A stretch of 63,573 nucleotides of DNA, the filler included, from Octopus bimaculoides (lineage: Eukaryota), in the NCBI RefSeq assembly GCF_001194135.2. It is 6 parts of 5 records of this genome, joined end to end, with 100 filler letters (N's around TTAATTAATTAA, not from the genome) between each part and the next. Parts side by side here need not be neighbours in the genome. Positions count along the whole stretch, not along the records: positions 26,154 to 54,471 come from NC_068983.1; 5 more parts are not named here. One strand, given 5' to 3'. The position numbers were made by a program, and so were the translations under genes. The notes under the pieces are model-generated. The model searched no databases. It saw only the letters and a list, made by a program, of their open reading frames with translations, and was not told where the DNA came from. The stretch's first letter is position 1; each line of letters starts with the position of its first letter. Shown here piece after piece: positions 26,664 to 39,800 of the stretch.

Positions 26664-27459
26664 TATATATATATTGAATACAGATCCTTCTACCACATGA
26701 GGTGGAAAAACAATTATACGAAAGCTTTCGTTCAGTGAAAGTATCAATTTTATTGTTTGTGAATCAAATATATTATTTGTCACTAAATTATTTGTTGACA
26801 CAATAATTGCAAACTTTAAACTCATGGAATCGCTCCTTATTGAATCATAATAATTCACTGAAACTTAGTATTTATCACTTCATGTATGAGATAGCTTTGG
26901 CTCATTGAAATGTTGCGTTAATACTGCGGACAAAATTAATTTCAGAAATTTCCCATTGACATTTATTTTATCGTCTGCCACAAATATCACTAATATAAAT
27001 ACACATATTCACAAATGGAATAGCTTTTAACTGGTTACTCAACCTGCTAGAAATAGCAACCGTGTATCATTCAAATCAGCTAGAAACAAACAGTATAATG
27101 ATGAAAGCAGGGCCTTGATTCGGAACATAGTTTATGAAGTCATCTAAGTATTCTATAATGCTAAATGGAGGAACAGAAGCAAAAGCATAAGATCCAACCC
27201 AGATAGCACTTGAATGCCGCATCGTTTCCCTGAGACAACTACATCATTTGTGAACTCAACAGCGAATATGATTAAATCATGAGAATAGGTGAAGAACTCC
27301 TGAATAGGTACTCTGAGTGTACAGAAGGTCCATGTGGACCAAAGCAACTGGACTGGCCTACATAAGCAGACACTGGCCTACATAAACAGAAAGTTATGCA
27401 CAGGTAGATATCCACCACGCTAGAAAATACCAGTGACATTCACAGATCTTTGATATATA

Positions 27460-27640
27460 TATAGTTGGAATTTACAAAGAAACAAAAGACGAAGACGTGT
27501 GTATAAACAGCAAACAGGTGTATTAGTTTAACGCTCGGGAAGATGAGAAAGTCTTTTGCGTTTCGAGCCTACGCTCTTCAACAGAAAGGAATACAAGAAA
27601 ATAACCAGAGAGAGAATGAAAAAAAGCTTTAGCGGCTATC
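27460..27640 (-). mobile_element. Probable Penelope-derived terminal repeat carrying a degenerate minimal hammerhead-like motif (27553-27588)
   Basis: Minus strand: CTTT-CTGTTGA-A-GAGC-GTAG-GCTC-GAA-ACGC-A-AAAG. Confidence 0.55.
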
Positions 27641-27785
27641 GGTCAATTGCATCTCACGTAACACATCAAAACCAAAATGCACTCACACCTTTAGCAAGAA
27701 AGAATGCTAGTGGAAACATTCCAATTAAAGACATCAACCTATTCTGAAATCTATATATATGCAAATGTGTATGTGTGTGTGTGAG

Positions 27786-27848
<63 letters not shown>

Positions 27849-28019
27849 GAGAGAAAGAGAGAGAGCATCCAAATACAACCGTTTACAAGCCTACTCACCT
27901 ACACACTTTCCATACGTAATTATACGTAAATGCATTCACATTAGAACATAATTTAGCATTTATATCAATAAGATAAACTCATAATTTGACGAACATCAGT
28001 AATGCAGGGATAAATAAAA

Positions 28020-28165
28020 CACGATGTGCAACATTCTAGCCATAATAATGATTTTTGCACACATCAAGAATTAGGCAATTACCATTCAAGAAGCAATTAT
28101 TCCAACCAATACATTAGCAATTTGCATTATCATAACAATCATCATTTCGAGAATCATTATAACTA
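28020..28165 (-). pseudogene. Decayed Cys-rich EGF/laminin-EGF-like (MEGF-type) module
   Basis: Minus frame DDCYDNANC*CIGWNNCFLNGNCLILDVCKNHYYG*N; the Cys spacing and YYG.N ending resemble C..C.C....C...G.C...C..GYYG.NC; both stops could be CAR to TAR changes. Confidence 0.5.
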
Positions 28166-28799
28166 CTTGTTAATTAAGCGATGTCAGAAGCTTTTTTTTG
28201 TTTTGTGCAAGTTTAGAAGTTGTAAAATTAGATAATTTAGACTGTATCTGTTAAAGATCTGATAATACATATTTTCAAGGAAATATTCCTTGAGTAAGAA
28301 AAGGAGATAGGGGAATCTAGCAAAAGATGGGTACTTAAATGACGAGTCATACCAAATGATATTCCTAGATTCATTGTAGTTAATTTTATGCTCGATAGAA
28401 CCATTATAAACCATTGTCTCGTTATAATAGGTCGAATGATTGTTGAGAATTTGCTGATTAGCAGACAAACAAGATATATCAATTAGATATTTTCAGTCAT
28501 TCTATGTTATTATGATCGGTTTGAAATTTTCTCGATATAGTTAGGAGTTTCGTTGAATTTCGTGAGAAATTCAGCGTTGCACATAATATCTCATGTATAG
28601 ATAGATTCGTCCGTGTACATATGCACACATAAATGTTCACTATGAGTATACAGAAATTTTTGGATGTATATGCATGTGTATGCGCTCGCGCGCATGATGA
28701 CATGTATTGTGTATTTACATATCTGTTTGAAAGTATGTGTGTGAGAGTGCTTAAATATATGCACGTGGATATCTACATAACTCAGTGTTCATTGGATTT

Positions 28800-29000
28800 T
28801 AGTCTACTCAATCTTTGATTCAACGGTTTATGGTATCCAAATGGAAGCAATATATCTGATTGCAAATATAAACTGTAGAAGCAGAAATCTAATCTACTGC
28901 ACCAGTGCCGACATATAAGATTCATATATTGATCAGATAGGAAATCCATTATCGGAAGTGCGTGAATACATCTGCAACAAATTAGGGGCACTGATGTCCA
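28800..29000 (+). mobile_element. Decayed Penelope GIY-YIG remnant
   Basis: ANINCRSRNLIYCTS and SYIDQIGNPLSEVR parallel NMNCKSRNLIYC...YVGQTGNALSER at 23645-24034. Confidence 0.7.
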
Positions 29001-29629
29001 TTAGATCCCAATAAGCAATAATTTAGAAACATGCGGCAATAAAATGGTTTTAACATTTCCATTTTAAAAACTGTACTGCTCATTTATTGAGAGGCTTAAA
29101 CCCGTTCTGAGTAGGCAATAATACGAATAATATTGATATTGATTTGAATTTAATGTTATTCAAAAACTATAGTAGTATTGACAATCATATTAATTTGAAT
29201 TTAATTTCATTTAGAAATATTTAATGCGGGACCAGTGTTTGTTGTATTATATGTTTTTTGACATTCGACAGTAGCCGAATCTTCTATCGGAGACACTGAT
29301 TGCTTAAAATATTTATATGAATAATCACTGTTGATGTCAACTGCGTTACCATATTACTCAAATTGTTGCGTCAAAGCCACACGCTGGTTGTCTAAAATAA
29401 CTTTCATAAGCATCAACTTACTGGAGCCTATTGGATGATATTTAAATGGAAAATTTTGCCATTTCGCTACAATTGTCAATTGCAAAATGCATCAGTTGAT
29501 TGTTAATGCCACCGCATAAACATTTATCTAGATTGTTATAAAATATGGAAGTACTTGTAAAATTATGAAAATGCAAAAATAAAATGTGAAGATCGGATTA
29601 TGTTAGAATTACATTGACTGTTAAGTATA

Positions 29630-29790
29630 CACGACAAACCCAAAAATAAACTGCAAAAGTAAAGACGTTTTTACCATATGAAACGCATGGAGGGACAATG
29701 TAAAAACACCACTCAACCTACATATGAGCTGCACCACGCCCCCCTACAGGAACGAATCGCAGAACGCTCGAGAAGACACAATGAAAGGGT
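29630..29790 (+). mobile_element. Possible decayed GIY-YIG remnant
   Basis: INCKSKDVF / YHMK...C...PLQERIAE across a frameshift. Confidence 0.45.
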
Positions 29791-30989
29791 AAAAAACATA
29801 ACTGTACTGCATCAGCATGCCAAACAGAAAAAAGCTAAAACCAATGCTGAAGTAAAATTTCTTTTTAACACTGCGAGATAATTCTTAGTTTTTTCTCTCG
29901 CATACACTCCATGACGCTACTTCCTACAGACATTTCAGTAAAAACATTTCTTCAAATCCTATGTTTAATCTAGCGTCGGCCAAATTATGTTGATTCCAGT
30001 ATTCTTCCATGTTTGTTGGGTGTCTTTGAAGAAACAGGAAGTTGAAGAAGAAAAGTGGTTTTAATTTACTTTCGTCAATTGTACCAAGTATAAATTTATC
30101 CATCTTTCTTTCAACTAATGTATTCGTTTGATGTGCACAATGTGTTTAGAAAATGGAAAAAAAAAAAAAAAACGATTATAGGAGATAGCTGCAGTACATG
30201 ACAAGGACTATAACATAAAACCTGTTACATTTTTCTGATAGTTAATTTCTCTGCTGAGATCTCCACTGTTTGTGTTTCATCATAAATTCTAACACTGTCT
30301 GTATGCTTGCTGTTATTGTAATTGTTTTCATTGAACAAGTGCTATTAGGTAAATAAAGGATACAAAGAGAAATTATCAGAAAAATCACACAAATTGAGAA
30401 TCAAATATGTAAATATTATTTAGCAACTAGTATATGAAATAGAAAAAGAATCAATGAAAATATATCTATGTAACCAGAACTAAAGCAAACTTCTGAATCA
30501 AACTAAAATGAGAAATATTTGAATTCCGACTTGAATATGTCTTCATGAATATGTAATTTTTATGGTTTCTTTTGAAAGTTCTAATGCTGCCTGTCATATC
30601 TTTTCAATCAAATTGAACAATGACTGACTTTTACTGTGATGCCTACCTCTTATCTCCACCTTTCACTTCTTTGTCACTTTCTTTAAAAATACACGAAATT
30701 TCATGTCTATGTTGAATTAGGTTTCTGTTGCTCTTGAGTTCTTTTGTGGCGTTGTTAATGTTTGAGCTGCTAAATTTGGGAGAATGTGATTAAATTTGAC
30801 CGTTTAGGATATTTTTGTTCTTTACTGATATTGTTAAAATAGGATGGTACGATTTGACAGCAATTCCTGTGGATCGAGCCGCCATACCCATTTTAAGTAT
30901 TTCTTAATTATTCTTACACTGTAACTTGACCAAATATAAATAGCATACAAATTTCCTTCAAATTCCGCCGAAGCAACTTCAACTAGGAA

Positions 30990-31700
30990 AAGTTACCACC
31001 CCATCACCCTACCTCTCCAACGCACCATTCTCCGAGCCTTCCGGCGACTCCAGTCCGACCCCTCCACTTCCCACATCTTCATTAACCGACCCCTCCCCTC
31101 CTTCAAACAAGCCTACAACCTAAGCGAAACCTCTTGGTCGACAGCTTCTTCCCTAAACCAACCTCCCAACTCAGCTCGTTCCCCTGCTCCAGCCCACGCT
31201 GCCGCACTTGCCCTTACCTCACCAACACCACCCTCCTCACAGGCACCCATCATCGACCCTATCATATCNNNNNNNNNNNNNNNNNNNNNNNNNNNNNNNN
31301 NNNNNNNNNNNNNNNNNNNNNNNNNNNNNNNNNNNNNNNNNNNNNNNNNNNNNNNNNNNNNNNNNNNNNNNNNNNNNNNNNNNNNNNNNNNNNNNNNNNN
31401 NNATCTCCTGCTTTTTCTGCCCTTCTCTATACATCGGCCAAATGGGACACCGCTTGGCTGACCGGTTCGCAGAATATCTCCGAGACATCCGACTCGGCAA
31501 TGACACCCCGGTCTCGCGCCATTTCCGCTCTGCCGGTCACTCATTACAACACCTGTCTGTGTTCAGATTGTCCTTGCACAGGGGCCATCCGTATTCCCGT
31601 CTTCGTCGTGAGCAGGGATCAATCTTCTCTCTTCTCTCTTTTGCACCATATGGGCTCAACTCTCCTCTCCTCTTCATCTAACCCTCCTCCTCTCTCCTCT
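30990..31700 (+). mobile_element. Penelope-like (GC-rich family) C-terminal region with GIY-YIG
   Basis: YHPITLPLQRTILRAFRRLQSDPSTSHIF; FPCSSPRCRTCPY; LYIGQMGHRLADRFAEYLRDI...PVSRHF; RREQGSIFSL..FAPYGLN. Confidence 0.9.
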
Positions 31701-32029
31701 CTTCCTCTCACACCTACTTCGTCGCACCCACCTTTCCTCTCTTGCTCTGGTACCTACTTTTTCTCTTCACTCCTACCCACCTCCCTTCATCGTCAACCCT
31801 CCCTCTTTACCCCACCCCTACACATTCCAAACCCACCATCCCTATACATCCCATCCCACCACCATCACGTCAATGTCACCAGCCCCCTTCCACACGCACG
31901 CACACACACATACACGCTTTCACATACACATGCACGCGCACCTTTGTCTTGGGATCAAAATTAAATTAAGAAAATATGAAGTATACCATAATAATAATTT
32001 AATAAACCCGTATAATTTTAATTTATAAA

Positions 32030-32955
32030 TACCTTTTAAGATACAACTCCAGTTGTTCATGGCTGGGCAAGAACATCCTGTCTAGGATGCGGCGGGACAT
32101 CGATGTCTTGCTGGGGTTCAGCGTCTTGGTAAGGCCAATAAAGGTGGGGAACTCCACTACATGTTGCGGTAGCTTGTTGTCGACAGAAAGGTCTTCAATC
32201 ATTCTGGACGCCAGTGCCAGCAGTTTGGGTAAACGCCTCACCGATGCTGGGCTGGCGTGCTTTCTCTGCACATGGCTGCGACGACTAGCTACTGGCACTG
32301 CTACGAGAAGATTTCCGGTGTTTCCCACGGAAAGAGCAGGCCTTGATTCTCTCCTCAAACTGGATGGTATGCGCTGGGTGTTTCCTCTTGTCATGCGACT
32401 TCAAGTCGTAAAGGCTCACCGCTTGTTTCTTGATGGTGGTCTCCTTGGGCTAGCACATGTCGCACCGGAAGTACAGGATTTTGGCGTTCCTCTTATCCGT
32501 TGACGTAAGGACAAAGTAGTCCTCCAGGTGGGGCCACGGGTTCTGAGACTCCTGGCTCTCAACCTGAGCGATCTCTGCCTCACACACAGTCGTTGCAGAC
32601 TCCTCAACAGGCCCTCCATTCTCAGGCCGAATAAAAAGGTCTTCACTTTCCATAACGACAGGCAATAACTTGATAAGCCGATAACGTACACTGTAAAACT
32701 GTCTATAATGTGACAACGTCGTAAGTGAACACAACTCAAAACTTCAGAATTAAGCAATGCTGCTCAGCTAGCCGCTACTGAGTCGACCAATCACGTCTTG
32801 TCACATGTACATGTAATCAGCCAATAGCGTGACTGACGTACTCTTCGAGATACGCCCACAACAGACAGGAACAAACGTATGAATTTTGTTAGCGGGCTTA
32901 AAGTTAGCTTCACTAATTAGCTGTTAGTGGATTAGCGGAACCGTGCCCACCACTG
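32030..32955 (-). mobile_element. hAT transposon 5' end: TIR, subterminal GCTAA repeats, BED zinc-finger N-terminus; 3'-truncated
   Basis: Minus-strand end CAGTGGTGGGCACGGTTCCGCTAATCC; PWPHLEDYF...FRCDMC*PK...LKSHDKRKH; VVEFPTFIGLTKTLNPSKTSMSRRIL. Confidence 0.8.
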
Positions 32956-33019
32956 TGTATATATAACTGTTCAATTCCAACCTCAAGCGTTATTCTGTTT
33001 CTTGCTCACGGGATTAAAA

Positions 33020-33530
33020 ATCTCAGAATGATCTTTGCAACAATCGTGTGATGTTGCCCACAGTTCACCACTCTTGATTTCTTCGGGAGTGTAATAAAGA
33101 TGAATTTACTTAGATCTGGAAATTTCCCAACATCATAGGTATTATTTATTACATCTGTCAATTTTCTAATTCCATATTCCTTATGCCTTTATCATCTCAA
33201 TGATAATCCTGTCCTGCCCAGAAGCTTTCTTTTTTCCTCATCATTTTGATGACTGCTTGTACTTCAGATAGCAGGATTTCTGGAGTCAGGAAAACTAGGC
33301 AAGGTTGCTTTCGCATCATGAAATAAACCTCCTATATACTCTATCCATCTATTCAAAATATCAATCTTCTCAACCAGCATGGTACCATCCTTTGCTCAGA
33401 TACATCCACTGTTTAAGGATCCCAGCTTTCTGTCAGAGATCTCATTTATCTTCTGAGGTACTTTGTATCCTACCGGAATTCGCCTTTCAATTTCTTCACA
33501 CTGTCCATTCAGCCAGGTCTCTTTAGCTTC
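33020..33530 (-). mobile_element. Decayed RTE-clade LINE RT N-terminal fragment
   Basis: PEILLSEVQAVIKMMRKKKASGQDRIIIEMIKA; GIRKLTDVINNTYDVG; IFITLPKK. Confidence 0.75.
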
Positions 33531-33544
33531 CCTATTTTAAAATC

Positions 33545-33690
33545 GGTTTCAAAAATTTTGGTACAAAGTCAGCAATTTAAAGGGAGGTCACAAGTCGATT
33601 ATATTGACTCCAGTACTTAACTGGTACTTATTTTATCGACCCCGAAAAGAGGAAAGACAAAGATGACTTCAGCGGAATTTGAACTTATAT
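33545..33690 (-). mobile_element. SINE family B, partial
   Basis: GTCGATTATATTGACTCCAGTACTTAACTGGTACTTATTTTATCGACCCC...GGAATTTGAAC. Confidence 0.8.
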
Positions 33691-34728
33691 ATATCTTAAT
33701 ATCACTTGCTAAAAGTGCAAAGTAGGAATTACTTATTTTAACCACTTTGTGACGAAAGATTTTGTTCTTATATGAATTATATCACAATATTTTTTATCAA
33801 AGAAAGTTGAACTGATTATACAAAACAAAATAGTCATCAAGAAATTTCATGATATGAAGTTTCATCTTCAAGGCATCACCTTTGGGAAATTATTTTGTCT
33901 TGTTAATAGAGACTAGTAAACACACTAAATTAAATATTATATTTGTGCTTTTGGCATCTGAAGAAAAGCATCAAAATAACAAAATAAATATTTCATGAAA
34001 ATTTATTTCATAAAGACGGTTGAGACATTTTTCTTCCGCAACCTACTTCAGTTGTGCAAAATATATTGATTTAAAATCATTCCAAAAAGAAATATTTTTT
34101 TGTACAATTGAACAATTTACAAAAAATATTTTTTAATGTATTGATTGCCATTATGCGTTTACTATACTGCAGTATATTCTAAATTTATTCCATTACTAAA
34201 TTTCTCAATTTCAACAAAATACAAGGAGATCACAGATGTAAAAAAATATATCTAGAATCAATAATATCGATTCAAGGATTTAACTACTATTGATTAAATT
34301 ATTATTGATTAGAATATTGATTTAGAAATATCTTCCATTTACTATATATTGTTCTACACATAGAGGTATTGACTATCAATATAATTTTCTCATGAACTTT
34401 CACAGTGTGAGGTGTTATATACAGTACATGGCTGATATTCTACAGGAGTATTTTATTGTCTCTTTAAGATCATAATTTAACTGAGTTCTAGTGTCAAGCT
34501 GGTATCAAAAATATTATTCTCTTTTGATGAATACTGAATTGGGAACATATGTTTTGCTGAAGGCTAATTAAACAACTGCAGATGTACCCAGACTTCAATT
34601 CTTGGTGCCAAGCCTAAATTTGTAAGTAAAGGAAAGATTACATTAAATACTATAATTTTTAAAAACTTATATAAGAAACGGTAGACGGACAATCCAATTC
34701 TGCTATTTTTTATAGATTTGAGAGCGGT

Positions 34729-34783
<55 letters not shown>

Positions 34784-35900
34784 AATATTTATAAAATCTT
34801 AATCCTCTTTGTTTCTCAATTGTATTTCTCACTGCCTTTTAAAATAGAATTACAATATAATTTCTAGAAAAGTACTGACAGGTTATTTCAATTCTAGCGC
34901 TTACTATTTTAATATTTATACGTAAAAAATAAATTATTTATTTATGATTTATCTGATTAGATGAAGCCCTATGTTTGCTTTAAATTATATAGTTTAATAT
35001 TTAAAAAGCAAAAGTTCAGGCATCTGGCTGTAAAAACGGAAATTCAAACCATATCCAAGTTTTCCAAGTTTGTAAAATTATCTCTCTCAACTTAGCAGAA
35101 AAAAATGGATCTAAAATAGTGAAAAAACGTATAACCATATGTATGTAACCTGCTAATGTTTTGATGGTGACTTAAATTGGGGTGCAAGAGACTTAATTCC
35201 GCTTTCCTAAAGATTATTGAAATTTTATGTAGCAGATACATAGAATCTATTATCTAATTTTAAATATTCAGCTGGTTATATGAAAGAATTCTGATATAAT
35301 TAAAGAAATAACTATACCATGTCATAGGTTTTGTTTCTTTCATATGTTACTATTGGTAGTTACGTCATCATTTAATTCTTTTTTTCTATTTACGATTTGG
35401 GAGATACATTATGAGTTTCTTTGGGAAAATGTTTACAGATATTCGAAGTTAAAAACTCTGAGAGACTACTCATTCATACACACACCGAATTATTGCTATT
35501 TTCTTGGAATATATCTGTGTTTATGCATGAAAATATATTGTACATATAAGCATATACTTTTTTTAAGACGCGCTTGTGCATCCTTTCATGTGAACTGTTT
35601 ACAAATGAAGAATCGGACATATTTTCTACAATCTTTCCATTTCGATATTTAGTCCATAACTAACAAAAGTAATTTCTTCTATTTTCTGCTGTCATTTCCA
35701 GGAAATTATAGTAATATTGATTATTGGCATATTATTGTCATGTTTCTTATACGTAATTTCAAGCTTGTATGCACGTAAAAGTTCCTTAAAATTTTGCTCC
35801 AGCACTTTGTAAGACAGGTGGAAGTTTGTATGCAGTAAATAACTTTCCTCCGAGAAGTTTAAACTGGATTACAACGCACGCACACCTCGCGCGTGTACAC

Positions 35901-35936
<36 letters not shown>

Positions 35937-36409
35937 AACAGGTATATATTTAGTGTAAGATAGAGATGAGTATGATGACAAATGTATTTGCCATAATATT
36001 TCTCTCACTTGAACGTGTATTTCTCCATAATCTATAGATCTATTTTAAAGTGTTGCTCACGTATATGTAACAGTAGTGAAAGTGTTCTCTTCAAATTTTA
36101 TAATTTTGGTAGCTGAGTGTAGGAGACCTGCCTTTCTGTTCAATCTTTTAGAACACCTATTCTGAACTATACGTTACAGCGTATTCGTAAAGTGATTGCT
36201 ATGAAATTCATTTCTTCTTCTTCTCCTCCTCCTCCTCCTCCTTCTCCTCCTCCTTCTTCTATTTTATATTTTAGCATGATTTCGGGGCATTTTAGTTACT
36301 AGCTGGGTCTCTGTCTGAGATCTAAAGCTATTAACTATGTCATAACAATAGGAATATTTTCGAGAGATGAGCTGCTGAGGTTAGTGCAATGTTTTGGACA
36401 TCGTGTATA

Positions 36410-36810
36410 TTTGATTTTTCAGGTATTTTATCAATGAAAATTGAAAAGCCTCTTTTAATTATACCTAGTGCTCCTACTACTACCGGTAGAGTAAATATTT
36501 TTAGATCTCACATTCTGCTGATTTCTATTTCTAGGGTCTTGTATTTAGCTAACTTTTAGAATCTTTTGACTGAGCTATTTCGATCAGCTAGTACTGTCAT
36601 ATCTACTGGATACAAGGCATTTTGTCGATGATTCTTGATAATAATATGAAGTCTGTAGGCATTTATCTGTCTGTCAGTATGGATGGTAAATTCTCACAAA
36701 ATAGTAACTTTATTACCCAATGTGACTGGTTTCGGGTGATGTTCATATCAGTTTTGGGGAAGGGAAATGTCATAATGACGACAGGTGTTCCAATGAAAGC
36801 ACTGCTCTAT
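36410..36810 (-). mobile_element. Decayed RLE-domain remnant
   Basis: TDRQINAY...PVDMTVLADRN...KLAKYKTLEIEISRM*...PVVGALGII, homologous to 13812-14010. Confidence 0.7.
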
Positions 36811-39800
36811 TCAGACAGGTCTTGTTTTGTACTCAGTTATTGCGAAATTGGTAAGAACCTGAAACAAAAGGTGACCTGAGTCGTAGGAATGCTCTGATCC
36901 AAACTAGAGGGTAGCTTCATAAGGTGACTTACCCTCTATGGGTGAGTCACCCTTATGAGTTATATTTGTATTTATTCACACACACACATACACACACACA
37001 CACACACACACTCATACACATACATACATACACTACACTCTCTCACACACACCACCATCTCTCTCATACACACATACACACATGTACGCATAAAGAAAAT
37101 TCACATAGAAATCCGTCAGTATGGAAAAAAGAATAGGATTCTGCTGTACGAAATAAATAAAAAAATTCCTTCACACTAGCAGAGAGGAAATACTCATAGA
37201 TGTTATCCAGCAGGAATACCAGTACATAAGCCATATTTATCTCCAACGTTTCAACAATACTTTAGAATGAATGAATCAACAATAATAACAACAACGGCTA
37301 AACAGAAAAAAAAAAAGAGAAACACCCAAATAACCTTGATGGAATTATTGTAACTGGTTGCAAACTGCCAAATTATTTCATATCCCTTAATACTCTTTTA
37401 AATCTATAAACATGAAACAACACAATGCAGAATAGTTTAGATAAGCATTTATAACTTAGATAGGCACCCGCAGAGTTTTAGTGATTTATAAATAAAATTT
37501 AAAAAGATACTGTTTCCGTTTACTATTAGAATTACATATGTAAAATTGACCGTAATCTTTTCACTTAAACCACTCTCTTATATTGATGCTTTCACTTAGA
37601 TGATGCTTTAGGCTACACAACGTCTTTGACATTTAAAATATCTTAAAAACTTTCTGTCAAATCAACTAATACTTTTCATGTGAAAAGTCTATGATTCCTC
37701 AAACCATAAAAGTTTTAAGCATTAAAATTCTTCGGAAGAAAAGAAATTCTCTTTCGTCATTTTTACTCTCGATGTCATCTTCATCCTTATTGTTCCTCCT
37801 TCCTTCTCTTCTTTCTTTTCCCTCATCCTACTCATCCCCCTTTTTTCCTTCATTCCTTCCTCGTCCTCCTCCTCCTCCTCCTCCNNNNNNNNNNNNNNNN
37901 NNNNNNNNNNNNNNNNNNNNNNNNNNNNNNNNNNNNNNNNNNNNNNNNNNNNNNNNNNNNNNNNNNNNNNNNNNNNNNNNNNNNNNNNNNNNNNNNNNNN
38001 NNNNNNNNNNNNNNNNNNNNNNNNNNNNNNNNNNNNNNNNNNNNNNNNNNNNNNNNNNNNNNNNNNNNNNNNNNNNNNNNNNNNNNNNNNNNNNNNNNNN
38101 NNNNNNNNNNNNNNNNNNNNNNNNNNNNNNNNNNNNNNNNNNNNNNNNNNNNNNNNNNNNNNNNNNNNNNNNNNNNNNNNNNNNNNNNNNNNNNNNNNNN
38201 NNNNNNNNNNNNNNNNNNNNNNNNNNNNNNNNNNNNNNNNNNNNNNNNNNNNNNNNNNNNNNNNNNNNNNNNNNNNNNNNNNNNNNNNNNNNNNNNNNNN
38301 NNNNNNNNNNNNNNNNNNNNNNNNNNNNNNNNNNNNNNNNNNNNNNNNNNNNNNNNNNNNNNNNNNNNNNNNNNNNNNNNNNNNNNNNNNNNNNNNNNNN
38401 NNNNNNNNNNNNNNNNNNNNNNNNNNNNNNNNNNNNNNNNNNNNNNNNNNNNNNNNNNNNNNNNNNNNNNNNNNNNNNNNNNNNNNNNNNNNNNNNNNNN
38501 NNNNNNNNNNNNNNNNNNNNNNNNNNNNNNNNNNNNNNNNNNNNNNNNNNNNNNNNNNNNNNNNNNNNNNNNNNNNNNNNNNNNAAAAAAAAAAAAAAAA
38601 AAAAAAAAAATTTAAGACCAAACCCATGCTACGGATGTGGAGCCCTACATTTCAAGAAGGACTGTCTTTTCAAAACACAAAAATGTTAGTTTCAAAAAGT
38701 AGGACACAAGAGTTCACATTTCAGAGCAAATTTAGGAAGATCGAACATAAATTCTAAAGTTCAAAGAGGAAAATTATACATGTAAAAGTAAACGAAGTGA
38801 ATATTAAATTACAAGTAGATACTGGTAGCGACATTTCGATTATTAATACTGACACTTGGATAAGAATTGGGAAACCTACGTTAAGAAAAACATCTAAAAT
38901 CGCACGTAGTGTGACAAGTGAAAAACTACACTTCGTAGGCGAATTGTGGAGGGATATCATATTTCGGGGAAAAACCTTTTAGAGTAAAAGTTTTCGTGGT
39001 AAAAAACGCAAACAATCTGTTCGGTACGGACTGGTTGGAGTTGTTTGACTTATGAGACCTCTCCATAAGTCTGCTCTGTAAAAAAAAAAAAAAAAAAATA
39101 GATAGCTGATCAGTAAAAATAACTCAGCAGTCGAATTAAAGAAAAAAAGTTTAATAACTTGTTTCCTGAAGTGCTGTGGGATCAATTAGGTCTCTGTTCT
39201 AAGACGACTGAGGCTTGTTTTCAAATAAAGGAAAACATTGTACTTGCATTCAAACCTAATTGAAAGGTACCATTTGCTACGCTAAAGCAGGTAGAGGAAG
39301 AATTAGACAAACTAGAGAAATTGGGAATTATTTAAAAAAGTAGATTATTCTAAGTGGGTTGCACCAACTGTGTGTATTAAAAAAATAACAAAATCAGGGT
39401 GTGTGCCAATTTTTCTACTGGTTTGAATGACTGTCTAAAAATGCGTCACTATCCACTGTCTACTGCGGAGGATAATTTTGCAAAATTAAATGGGTGGTAA
39501 AATATTTTCGAAACTGGATCTGTCTAATGCGTATCTATAAATTAAAGTAGACGAGGAATGCTTGAAGCTTCTAACAGTGAACTATACAGTGAGGACTATA
39601 CAAATATAATAAATTGCTATTTGGTCTGAAGGTATCACCTGCAATATTTCAACAGGCTATGGATGCAATGTTGGCGGACTGTCAGTTTGCAATTCCATAC
39701 CTCGATGATGTATTAATTAAAAGTGAATCGCGTGATCAGCATATCGAAAATGTGAAGTGTGTTTTTTAAAAAATAAGAGATTACGGTTTCACACTCAGTG

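Noticed and set aside
25770-31700. Treating the GC-rich Penelope N-terminus (25.8 kb) and C-terminus (31 kb) as one element
   Set aside because: Separated by a synthetic spacer and 5 kb of unrelated sequence, and the RT core is missing.
35700-35790. Hydrophobic plus-strand exon-like segment (EIIVILIIGILLSCFLY)
   Set aside because: AT-rich DNA readily gives hydrophobic peptides; ambiguous frame and donor, and no supporting exons.
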